A DNA stretch of 60,064 nucleotides, filler included, from Jimgerdemannia flammicorona (taxonomy: Eukaryota): assembly GCA_003990765.1 (NCBI GenBank). It is 3 parts of 3 records of this genome, joined end to end, with 100 filler letters (N's around TTAATTAATTAA, not from the genome) between each part and the next. Parts side by side here need not be neighbours in the genome. Positions count along the whole stretch, not along the records: positions 40,114 to 60,064 come from RBNJ01001794.1; 2 more parts are not named here. One strand, given 5' to 3'. Position numbers and translations under genes: made by a program. Positions 48,623-60,064 of the stretch are shown here, one piece after another (position 1 is the first letter of the stretch; each line of letters opens with the position of its first letter). A model generated the notes under the pieces. The model saw nothing but the letters and a program-made list of their open reading frames with translations. It did not search any database and had not been told where the DNA came from.

Positions 48623-51600
48623 TATATCTTCCTGATATACCTCATGTTACACAAACACATATCACCTACTTTTACATCATTTTTTGAAGAAATATCTTAG
48701 GAAATTGAAGTTCTATAAAGTATACTGGGCAGGGTGGCCCCAGTGCATTTGGCAAGCAGTATGTAGAGAGGGGTCAGAGAGCAGGTTTGGGAATGCCAAG
48801 CACTTTGTTGAGAGAAAGGGGGGGTAGTGGCAGAGAAGGAGGAGGCATGATATAGTCAGGAGAGAAGTAGTTGATCTTTACTGACAAGGTCAAGATGAGA
48901 GCTCAGGTGATAGGACTAGATGGATGGTTGGAGCTGGGGAAGAGGAAGGCAGATACTGGAGGAAAGGAGGGAGCCTCTCTGGAGGGCCAGAATAGGAGGG
49001 CTAGTAGTGTAGTAGCCGAAGAGATGACTGCTGATAGGAGTGTGATGGGCAATCTGGAAAAAAATCTAGATGAGACTACTGATAATAGACTGAGCAGTGG
49101 AAAGAACATGAGGCCTAGTGACCTGGCTGATGGTGTAATGGGCCTGGCAGTGGCCCCATTACTCAAGAAGTTAATCTCAGAGTTCATGGTTACCTTGTGC
49201 TTCTAGGACTTAGTGGTGACAGCAAAAATTATCTTGGGGTTAATTGCTAAGCAGATGAATGGTACAGTATCTATTAAGTTCCTGAGGGGTCTGGAAGAGG
49301 TAGAGGTGGGCTTTGAGGAGGCAGGGCTATTGGAGGATGTGCTGAAGGTTGGGTTAACTATTAGAGAGATATGCATCTCAATGATATACTGCTTAAGGTG
49401 GAATCCCAGAGTAGTACAACTTCTGGTGAAAGGAGTTCCTATGGTGACCACTGTGGAGACAAAGAGGAGAGTTGAGGAAGTCATGGCTAAGTATAGAGTG
49501 GTGGTCAATGTCAGGTTTAGGGTCTAGAAAGAGACCTCCTTCCAGACAGAGAATATTGATGTCTGGGTTCAGTTGGCAGAGAGAGAGGCCACAGAAAAGG
49601 CTTGTGATTGATCTTTAGTGATAGTGTGAGAAGTCTTTATATATAAGATAATAAAGATAAAGAGAAGTGAGGAGGAGGAAGAGAACTTATTGGAGGTACT
49701 GAAGGAGCTAAGTAGTATAGTAGAGCAGAGGGCAAAGGCTTGAAAGATATATATAGAGTCAATGTATTTGGAGATTGTCAATGAGAGGTAAGTCTGCATT
49801 GATAAGAGGCTGTAGGAGAGATCCCAAGGATATAAGAGGCAGAGAGAGTTGCTGGCAAACTTAGAGGAAAAGATAAAGAGGGTTGTTAGTGGCATTGGGA
49901 ATACTAGAGGAGTCAAAGTGAGTGTCTGGGCCAGTGGAAGTAGAGGGAATATAGAGGTGGGTCTGGAGGAGGTGAGGAAAGTATCAAGCAAGAACCCATA
50001 TAAAGATGGTATATTTGAAGTCTGAGAGGACACTTCTCTTCTTATCAGATGGAGTCCAGCTATAAGAGGCAGGCAGTAGAGGATGTGCTAATGCATTGTA
50101 CCCAGTGAGTGCACTTTGAAGTCTCTGAGGTAGTTAAAGAGAGATAGGTGGTGGCAGCAAGTAAGGATGAACTGGTAGATATCCTAGAGGAGGAGTGGGA
50201 TGAGACCACAAGTACTGGGGCAGATACCTTGATACTGAGAGAAGGGAGACCAGCAACTCTGGGTGAGAAGGAAGTGGGAAATCTATAATGGATATGCCAG
50301 ATGATGAACAACTTGGTAGTTGAGAATTTGGGAGATATGGATCTGAGGGTGCTTAGTGATGTTCATTGGATATAGATCCTATGTGAAAATGGAGTAGTGA
50401 AGACACTGAAGGTAGAGGTGCTTGCAGTTTTCTTGAAGGAAGAAGGATATGAAGTTGATAAGGTGAGGAAGGCAGAGCTGATAGTTGCTGCTGATGAGTG
50501 AGCTGCCCTTTGGTGGGCAGAGCAATATGGATTACAGCACTGGCAGAAGGCCTACCTGGAGTATTATGAGGACTTTGAGAAAAAGGAGGATGGGGAGCTA
50601 GCTGAACTTCTGATTGGATTAGAGGCAAAGATAGTTGAAGAGAAGAAGGTGGCTGTGGAATGTGACTTGGACTTAGCATAGAAGGAGATGAATGTAGAAT
50701 TGTAGAGGATGAGCATAACTATTAATATTATTCCTTATGAATAGTATAACAAATATTTTCTCTATAAATGTGAATAAGCTGTAGGGTTCAGTTAGATATC
50801 AGAATATTTTTGCTTGGCTGAAGAGTTTAGAGGCTAATTTCTTTCTTTTGTAGGATATTAGATGTGAAGATGACTTGAACAGACTGATATAGATAACAGA
50901 ATGGGGAGGTGTGGTAGTTTGGAAGAGATTCTGGTCTAGAGAGGCAGAGGGGAGATATAGGATATAAGGAGCTAGGGAGACTAGCTGGTCTGGAGAGAGT
51001 GAATTTAACTAAGTTGGAAGCTAGTTACAGTAGATTTCTACTACTGTCCTACTGTATCCAGTGAGAGAGTGAATTGACTGAAGGGACTCCTAGAGAGTGG
51101 GACCCTCACAGAGGTTAGAGTGGATATTCTTGGAGGAGACTCAATATGGTCTGAGATATATTAGTAGATAAGACTGACAGAGGGTGGGGGACTGAGAGCA
51201 GGAGTGGGGGTCTGGAGATATGGGAGAAAGTGAAGAGGCTGAGCTCTCTGGTGGATGCTGGCAGAGGGTTCTGGAGAGATAGGAGGGTATATCATTAGTA
51301 GATGTAGAGGAATTAAGGAGGACTATAGAATGATATAAGAGAGACTCAACTGGTACAAGTGTGAGACTCTGGTGCTAGGTGGTGGAATTGTTGGTGGTAA
51401 TGTAATTGGAACAGTAGTCTCAGCAGGAGAACCAGTCCAGTACTTGAGGATATACTTCTTGATATATAGATCCCTTCTACTCTATGTATAGTGGAAACAG
51501 TAACTACTAGTATGGGGGAATAGACTTTTGAGGTGGGGTGGTTGGCATATATCCTTGGCAGGAAGGATGATAGTTCTGAATGTGTATTGGCTACTAAAGC

Positions 51601-52864
51601 TATAGTATGTAGGGTATAATCTGGACTTTCTGGCATGAGTGGTTGGGTGTCTTCTGAAGATAGCAAGATCATAGATTTGGACTGAGTGGTGAAGTCAGAT
51701 AGGCTGAAAGGTTCTGACCCTGTCTGTTGACAGAGGTGGGCTGAGCTTAGTAGATTTTACTAAGTATCTATACTGTCTAAGAGTATGGTGGCTGAAGAGG
51801 ACAGTGAGTTAAGAGGCTGGGAGTAGGTACCACTTATGCAGAGAGTGTGAGAAGTCTGTTACTCCCCTCATGGAGCAACTAGTGACCTGCTTGTAATGGT
51901 GGCCATAAATGGGAGCAGAAGAATATGTTACAAAGGCTTTTGGTGAAGAGTGGTAGATAGTGTAAGGAGAATTGGACTTCAGTAGAGAGATGATGAGGGG
52001 GAGGAGAACTGGGGATCACAGATGTGGAGATGGGACCAGCTACTGCTGGGAGGTATATTGGTAGAGAACTTTCAGCTTAGTGATGGAATAGAATATATAT
52101 GAGGACTTGGGGGTGATATATGGCCTAAAGTGTAGCAGAGGGTGGGGATTGGCAAAGAGTGAGATTGAAATGGTATTTGGCCTTAGAGTAAGCAGGTGAT
52201 ATACTGGCTTTCTCCCAAGTTCTGAGTGATATGGTTGAGGTTTCTAAGGTGGAATGTGATACTGAACTATCAGTTGGGGCACTTGGTGGCAGATGGCATA
52301 TTTGAGTATAAGGAGTGTATGGATATTGGTCAGGAGGGAGGAGTGGTATAAATGTCTGAATATTGGCTAAGAGAGTGTGAAGTTTTGGAGAGTTTTGGCA
52401 CAGTATTTCTAGTAGACTGAGATTGTGACCCCTAGTGGGGGAGGAGGGGGGGAGATGGGGGGACCTCTGGTGAAGGTTAGTGAGTGGGGTGAGTGATGAA
52501 TGGTTGATCTTGAGATGGGCCCTGGCAATTTAGATTGGGTTGGCCAGTCATTGGCTTCATATCTTTGAGGAGGGCCAGCAGGTTTCAATTGGAGTTAGGG
52601 TAGCACATTGGAAATAGTTAATACTGGACATTTTGAATGATTGGTGGAGAGGGTGGGGACCAGGTGAGGGGGGTCATCAGAATTTGGTGAGTTTTATTTG
52701 TAAAAAGAGTGGTAGGAGGGTTTAGGTAGTAGGTGGCTGAGTTGTCTTTCAGCAGAGAGAGATAGTGAGTGGGGAGGGAGATTCAAGGAGTATTGGCTGA
52801 GGGATTGTGGGTACATATGTTGTATTATTTATAGATTGAGTGGTAATAAATAGAAGTCTGAGTA

Positions 52865-52900
<36 letters not shown>

Positions 52901-54320
52901 TAGGAGGATATACATGTACTGGGCAAATGATCTGGAGATGAGGTTTGACTAGATGCTAATGGTAGACTACTGGGGCTTAGACATTTGGAAGTTACTGGAG
53001 GCTGAGTGGTATCTGTGATCTGATCACTAGGAGCTATTAGGGCAGGGTCATTTCCAAGAGAGTAGAGATGGGCCTGGACATTAGTGTCTCAATTCCTCTT
53101 TGTTGGCTGAGAAGGTATTGTGGGACAAGTGGGCAGAGGACATTTAGCAGAAAATAGAGGGTTGGATATAGGAGAGTGCCACAGTTGGTATCTAATGGGT
53201 GAGATTGAAGAAGGCTGCTAGTGTTTACTAGAGTGAAGCTGGCAAGGTAATAGGAAGATAGGCCAAAAGAGGAGGAGGATGACCTGGGCTTCTGCTAGAT
53301 TGGCTGGGCTTTTGGAAGATTGGGCTGGACTCTTGGCCCTGAAGGGAGTGAAGGACTAGAGGGTGATGTGGGCAAAGCTGGAGATTATAGAGTTACAACA
53401 GATATTGAGAGAGAAGGAGGAGATGTGAGTGTGGGGTTTGGCTACATAGCTATACTGGCAGGGGCTAGAGGAGGGAGAGAGGCCCTCTAAGTTCCTTTCA
53501 AGGATCCTTCAGGTAAGGAGAGCAAAGTAGAGATGAGAAGGAGTTCTTGATTCTGATAGTCTGCTGGTACATAGTTTATAAGACATTCTGGACTCATTGA
53601 AGGAAAGATGGAGTGGTTTGTAGAGTGAGGAGGAGGGTGGGGCTGATGCTGCTGCTATAGAACATATTTTGGAGAAATGGTACCTACTGAAAGTAGATGG
53701 GCTGGGCAGCTTGATAGTATTAGTTCAGGAGGAGAAATTTTGCTAGGTTCTTACCATAACTATACCAGACATAGTACCAGGAGAAGATGGTCTGCCCTGG
53801 GACTTTTGGAAGAAGATAGTGGATGTCCCTAGAGTGATGAGAGAGTTGATGACACTGTGTGACCTGATACTGTATTCTGAGAGGTAGGTGAGTGAGTAGA
53901 ATCTGAGGCTTATGGCTCTGCTTTTTAAGAATAAGGGTAGGAGAGAGGACTGGAAGAACTGACAGTCCATCATGCTACTGGATATAAATAGGAAGTTAGT
54001 TACTAAGATAGTGGTGGTGAGGCTGCAGAAGGTGGCCCAGCAAGTTTTGGACAAGAAGCAGTGAGGTTTTGTAGAGGGCTGGCTCATTAGAGATAGTACA
54101 GCCTAGATGCATGGTATTATTGAAGAAGCTCAAGCCTGTGGACTGGATGGGATATTGGTCTTCTTGGATCAGGAGAAAGCATATGACTATGTTTGGTAAG
54201 TCTGGCTGATGAAGGTTCTGGATAATATTGGTATCTCTCAACAGTTCTGAGTACCAATGATCAGCCTACTGGAAGAGAGTAGAGTGGCACTTATATGCAA
54301 TGAGTATAGAGGGATGGCAT
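48623..54320 (+). mobile_element. Same LINE family, copy 5 (old host element, split by copy 6 and truncated by copy 7)
   Basis: Segments 48623-51291 (5' UTR, ORF1, APE) and 52897-54320 (APE end to mid-RT) are colinear once 51292-52896 is removed. Confidence 0.85.
51292..52896 (+). mobile_element. Same LINE family, copy 6 (5'-truncated, poly(A)-tailed, 16-bp TSD)
   Basis: Starts at the end of the RT, runs through the 3' UTR with AATAAA to a poly(A) at 52871-52896. Flanked by gagataggagggtata (51276-51291) and gagataggaggatata (52897-52912). Confidence 0.88.
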
Positions 54321-57300
54321 GGCACCTTTCTCCAGTAACATTCAGGTTACACAATCTTTTGGCAATACTTTCGACACAGTTTCTGGAGAAAAGCTACTAG
54401 TATCATGGCGACCAATGAGCATCTGGAGGTGCATACTGGGCAGGGTGGCCCTGGAGCATTTGAATGGCAGCAAGTGGGGAGAGGCCCTGGCTTGGGGGGC
54501 AGTATGAGGGGCCTGCTGGCAGGAGGCCGTGGTGGAGGAGGAGGAGGAGCTGGAGGGCAAGGGTCTGGTAGAGTGAGCTTTGCAGAGAAGGTGAAGGGGG
54601 GTTGGCAAGAAGCTGGACTGGAGAGCTGGCTGAGAGGGGGGAAGATACCATTGAAGGCTACCAGGCAGCAACCTCTTGGGGGTTCCTCTCTGGAGGGCCA
54701 TAGGAGTAGAGCTAGGGGGGTTGTGGCTGGGGCGGGGACTGCTGATGGGGGTGTGACAGACGATCTAGAAAAAAATCTAGATGGGACTGCTGATGGTGAG
54801 CTGAGTGGTGGGAAGGGCATGAGGCCTGGAGACCTGGCGGATGGTGTAACGGGACTGGCGGTGGCTCCATTACTCAAGAAGTCGATCTCGGCATTCACAG
54901 TCACACTGTGCTTCCGGGGCTTGGCAGTGACAGTGAAAATGGTATTGGGGCTTATCACTAAGCAGGTGGCAGGAGCGGCTTTGGTAAAGTTTCTGAAGGG
55001 GCTGGAGGGGGTGGAGGTGGGTTTTGAGGAGGTTAAACTGCTGGAGGAGGCACTGAAGGTTGGATTGGTGGTTGGGGAGGTGTATGTTCTGATGGCGAGA
55101 TGTCTGAAATGGGATCCGAGGGTGGTTCAACTGCTGGTGAAAGGGGTACCCATGGTGACAGCGATGGAGATAAGGAAGAGAGTAGAGGATGTCATGGTGG
55201 AGTACAGAGAGGTGGTGGATATTGGATTCCGGGTCTGGGAAGGGACCATGCTCAGGACTGGAGATGTGGATATGAGGATTTGGCTGGCTGGGAAAGAGGC
55301 TACTGGGAAGATGAGGGACTGGCCTTCGGTGATGGTTTGGGGAGCATTCCTGTGCAAGGTGACGCAGGTGAAAGGAAGTGAAGAAGAGGAGGAGGATTTA
55401 TTGGAAGTGCTGGAGGAGCTGGATGGGGCTGTGGAATGGCGAGCTAAGGTCTGGAAGACTTTCGAAGAGTCAACGCACCTGGAGGTAGTGGATGGAAAGA
55501 GGATTCGAGTGGACAAGGTGCAGTGGGAAAGGGCTCAGGGGCGGAAGAGGCAGAAGGATCTGCTGGCTAAACTGGGGAGTAGACCACAGAAGGATGCAAG
55601 CATGATGACAGGTGCTGAAGGGGCCAGAGCGAGTGTCTGGGCTGGTGAGAGGAGTGGGAATGATGGGGCAAAGTCAGGGAAGGTGAAGGAGGCGAAGACT
55701 AGTGACCCATATGCTGATGGCACCTTGGAGGTTTGGGAAGAAGTCTGGGAGAATTCCCCCACTCCTTCCCCTCTTATCAGGTATGGCCCGGCTTCCAGGC
55801 ATAAGTCTGGGGAGGATGTGATGATGCTGGGGACCCAGTAGGTGAAATTCGGCATTCGGGAGGTAATGGATGGGGACCAAGTTGTGGCGGCTGGGGAGGA
55901 GGAGCTGGTGGATGTCCCAGAGGTGTGGGATGAGGACACGAGTGCTGGAGCTGACACCACAATACTGGATGGAGGGAGGCCGGTGACCCCTGGTAGGAAG
56001 GAGGTGGGGAACCTACTTTGGATGTGCTGGATGATGAATAACCTGGCAGCGGAAGAGCTGGGGGAGGTGGACTTGTGGGGATGGGTGATGAGCACTGGAC
56101 AAGAATTTTGCAGGGGGAAGGGGTAGTGATGGTGCTGAAGGCGGAAATTCTCGCAGTGTATCTGGAGGAGGAAGGGTATGAGGTGGATAAGGAAAGGGAG
56201 GCAGAGCTGGCAGTTGTCACTGGGGAGAAGGCTGAGTACTGTTGGAACAGGTGTCATGGGTTGCAGCTTTGGCAAGAGGCTTGCATCGAGTACAGGGAGG
56301 AGTTTGAGGAGAAGGCTGATGAGGAGATGAATGAGCTGTTAGCTGGACTGGAGGCTCAGAGGGCTGAAGAGGAAGAGGTGATGGCTGAACATAATCTGGA
56401 CATGGCGCAGGAGGAGATGGGCATGGAGCAGTAGAGATTGATTGAGAACAAACCATATTTCAATATGAACAGTATAACCAACATTTTTTCTTTGAATGTA
56501 AATGGGCTGAGGGGCACAGTTAGATGCAGGAACATTTTTTTCTGGTTGAAGGGATTGGAGGCTGATCTCTTCCTCTTGCAGGATGTCAGGTATAAGGATG
56601 ATTCTGATAGAATGGAATGGTCTAAGGAATGGGGTGGCATGGTGATTTAGAACAGTAAGGTCGGGATTCTGGTTTGGAAAGGCAGAGGGGAGATAAGAGA
56701 TGTGAGAAGTTGGGGGGAGAGACTGGTCTGGGGTGAGTGGATTCGTACAGGATGGGAGCCAGTTACTGTTGGCTCTTGTTACTGCTCTGCAGTATGGGGA
56801 GAGCATGTAGATTGGGTGATAAGACTCCTGGAGAGTGGGATCCTTGCTGAAGCTGGGTTGGATATACTTGGAGGCAATTTCAATATGGTTTAGGATGTAT
56901 GGCTGGATAGAACTGATGGAGGATGGGGTGCTGAGAGCAAGAGTGGGGGGCTGGTGATGTGAGAGGAGGTCGAGCAGCTTGGAGCACTGGTGGATGCTGG
57001 TAGGGAGTACTGGGGGGACAGGAGGGTCTATACACATTGGGCTGGAGGTCTGGGGATAAGGATTGACTGGATTCTGACAGCCGACTGTTGGGGCCACGAT
57101 GTTTGGAAGGTGCTAGAGGTAGAATGGTGTCCATGGTCTGATCATTGGGGCCTTTTAGGGCAGGGGTGTTTTGGGGGAAGTGGTGATGGGCCTGGACATT
57201 GATGCCTAAATTCCTCCTTGTTGGATGATGAGTCCCAGTGGGAGGAGTGGGCGAAAGACATTCAGCTGAAGGTGGCAAATTGGCAGCTGGAAGGGGCCGA

Positions 57301-60064
57301 AATTGGGGTTCGGTGGATGAGGATGAAAGAGATGGCCAGGATGTATTGGAGTGAGGCTGGCAGAGTGGCTGGGAAGCAGCGAAGGCAGAGAGTGTATTGG
57401 GCTTCTACTAGATTGGCTAGGCTCCTGGAGAAGTGGGTGAGACTGGCAGTAGTGGAGGGAGTAGAGGATTGGAGATTAATGAGAGTGAGGATGAAGGTAG
57501 GGGAACTATAACAGGTGCTGCGGGAAGAGGAAGAGTCAAGGATGCAAGGCCTGGTGGCATGGCTTCGCTGGCAGGGGCTGGAGGAAGGGGAGAGGCCTTC
57601 CAAGTTTCTCACAAGGATACTTCGAGCGAGACAGGTGCAGCAGCGGTGAGAAGGGGTACTTGACTCAGATGGTATACTAGTACATGGTGTACAGGATATC
57701 TTTGGAATACTGAAGGTGTGATGGGGTGGATTGTGGAGTGAGGAGGAGAGTGGGGCAGATGCTACAGCCATTGACCAAATATTAGAAGATTGGCACCCAC
57801 CACAAGCTGAGGGATTGGGAGACCTGATGATGCTGGTAAGGGAGGAAGAGATCCACCAGGTTCTTGCCACGACAGTCTCGGGTATGGTGCCTGGGGAGGA
57901 TGGCCTCCCCTGGGACTTCTGGAAGCAAATGGTTGGAGTCCTGGGCATGTTGGGGGAGTTGACAGCTCTGTGCAACTCTATATTACAGTCAGGGAGATGG
58001 GTGGGGGAGCAGGATCTTGGGCTGGTGATGCTGCTTTATAAGAACAAAGGAAGGCGAGAGGATTGGAAGAACTGGCGGCCAATAATGTTGCTAGATATGG
58101 ACAGAAAGTTGGTGACTAAGGTGGTGGTTGCAAGGCTACAGAAGGTGGCCCAGCAAATTGTGGGTATTGAGCAGAGGGGCTTGATAGGGGGTCGGCTTAT
58201 TTGAGATGGCACAGCCTGGGTACATGGAGTTATTGAAGGTGCTTGAGCCTGTGGACTGGATGGGCATCTTGTCTTCTTGGACCAGGAGAAGGCTTATGAC
58301 CAGGTGTGGCGAGTCTGGCTGGCAAAAGTATTAGATAGAATTGGGATTCCGGTCCCATTTTGGTTGGCAATGGTCAGCCTACTGGAAAGGAGTAGGGCTG
58401 CGCTCATGTGTAATGGGCATAGAGGGGTAGCATTCCCTCTGGATAGGGGAGTACCCCAGGGGGACCCATTGTCCCCCATTTTGTATGCTCTTTCCTTGGA
58501 GCCTCTAATGGACAGGATTCGGCAGAGGATAGTGGGGCTCTCTATTTATGGCATTGGCTGGAAAGTTGGGGCCTTTGCAGACAACATGGTGGTTGGTTTG
58601 AGAGTGACTGCGGATGTCGAGGAGCTCAAGAAGACAGTGGAGTGGTATGAGGAGAACTCTGGGGCGAAGTTGAATTGGCACAAGTGTGAAACAATGGTAC
58701 TGGGCAATGGCCTGGTGGGCTGAGAAGTTATTGGAACAATTGTCCCCACCAGAGAGACAGTGCAATACTTGGGCATCTATTTGTCGGTCTATGGGTCTGT
58801 TCTGCCCAGGCTGTGGTGGGAGCAGAGGATTGGAATTTGGGAGGAGGCCCTGTGGGGTTGGGGGGGAAGACATTTCTCTCTGGCAGGAAGGATCTCGATT
58901 TTGAATGTATACTGGCTGCCGAAGCTGTGGTACTTGGCTTATCATCTGGACTTCCCAGCCTGGGTGGTGAAGAGACTAGTGAAGGTGGCCAAGGGATGGA
59001 TTTGGGCTGGCAGATAGAGTCAGATTGGTTGGGAGACTTTGTCCCTACTGGTGGCAAGAGGTGGTCTTGGGCTGGTGGACTTCCCCAAACAACTACACTG
59101 CTTGAGGGCATGGTGGCTTTGGAGGGTGGTGGAGTTGCATGGAGGGGGCTGGGTTTCCCTGCTGCAGAAGGTTTGGGAGAGATAGACATCTCCAAGAGGC
59201 TTGACTGGGGATCTTCTTTCAATAGTTGGGCTTCAGAACACTGCTCAACTGCAATATAAAGGCTTCTGGTGGGGGATTGCTGAGGGGGCTTACTGCATTG
59301 GTATTCGCTGGCGAGGGGATGAGGGGGAGAGGGCTTGGGGCCTGGCAATGTAGAGATGGGATGGCATTCTTCTGAGAGGTATGCCTTTACTTGAGTTTGA
59401 CATTGGTGATGGAATCGAATACCAGAGGGGACCAGGCCAGGACCTGTGGCCTAGTGGTTGGCAAGGAGTAGGAATTGGTGAGGAGTGGGACTGGCATGGG
59501 GTTTGGACCTGGAGTGCCACAGTGAAAAGTTGGATGCCGCCAAAGTACTGGGTAGTCTGGTGGCGCATGCTGAGGAGGAATGTGATGCTTAACTTCCACT
59601 CAGGACACCTTGTTGTAGGAGGCTGCTTTGACTGTGAGAAGTGCCATAATGTAGGGCAGAAAGAGGGATTTGTACAGATACCAGAACATTGGCTAGGGGA
59701 GTGTGAGGTGTTGGGAGACTTTTGGCAGGCCATTGGGGACCGCTTGGGGGTGAGACATAGGGGTGATGGTGTGTGGGGGAGGTGGGAGGACCTGAGGGAT
59801 CGATTGATAGGAGGGGTAGGGGAGGAGTGGATTACTCTAGGCTGGGTGTTGGCTATTTGGGTTGGGCTGGCCAGTCACTGGCTATTTGTATTTGAGGAGG
59901 GGAGGCAACAGAGCTTGGGGAGTAGGTTGTCATGGTGGCAGGGCCTTATGGAGAATACCTTGACAGGCTGGTGGCTTGGTTGGGGGCTGCAGGGGGGTCA
60001 GAGGCACCACTTGGTAGTGAAAATCTGTGGTCAGAGTGGTGGGAGAGTTGGAGTGGTTGGTGAG
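54321..60064 (+). mobile_element. Same LINE family, copy 7 (apparently youngest, near full length)
   Basis: 5' UTR starting cacctttctcc. ORF1 at 54405-56434 (one stop, one frameshift). ORF2 from 56465 with APE, RT and CEKC...HWLGEC. Retains many CpGs. Inserted mid-RT of copy 5. Confidence 0.92.

Noticed and set aside
54405..60064. Stop-codon readthrough or an alternative genetic code in the LINE ORFs
   Set aside because: Stops fall at different positions in different copies and correspond to TGG/CAR/CGA codons in sister copies, so they are mutations.

Overview
Eukaryotic DNA, most likely from an early-diverging fungus. A Mucoromycota/Endogonales-like host is inferred from GC-rich intron-containing genes, BTB-SPRY and AAA-ATPase/nuclease families and endobacterium-like DNA; this was not verified. 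The window is three separate contigs (1-19957, 20058-40013, 40114-60064) joined by 100-nt N44-TTAATTAATTAA-N44 linkers, so no synteny can be read across them. Contig A holds a carotenoid-oxygenase pseudogene, a large ankyrin protein with an ASPP-like RVxF-ankyrin C-terminus, and an AT-rich hypermutated island where Mollicutes-endobacterium-like ORFs lie tail-to-tail with a Sola-like transposase. It also holds a 7-exon SH3 + AAA-ATPase + PD-(D/E)XK nuclease gene and a compact Pib2-like FYVE gene. Contig B holds two nested L1/Tx1-like LINEs, a tandem BTB-SPRY gene/pseudogene pair, a decayed chromovirus and a younger LTR inserted into it. Contig C holds five more copies of the same LINE family in two divergent nested arrays. 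Repeats show a graded C>T/G>A hypermutation that leaks into neighbouring host DNA. All family assignments come from motif recognition; no database searches were run.
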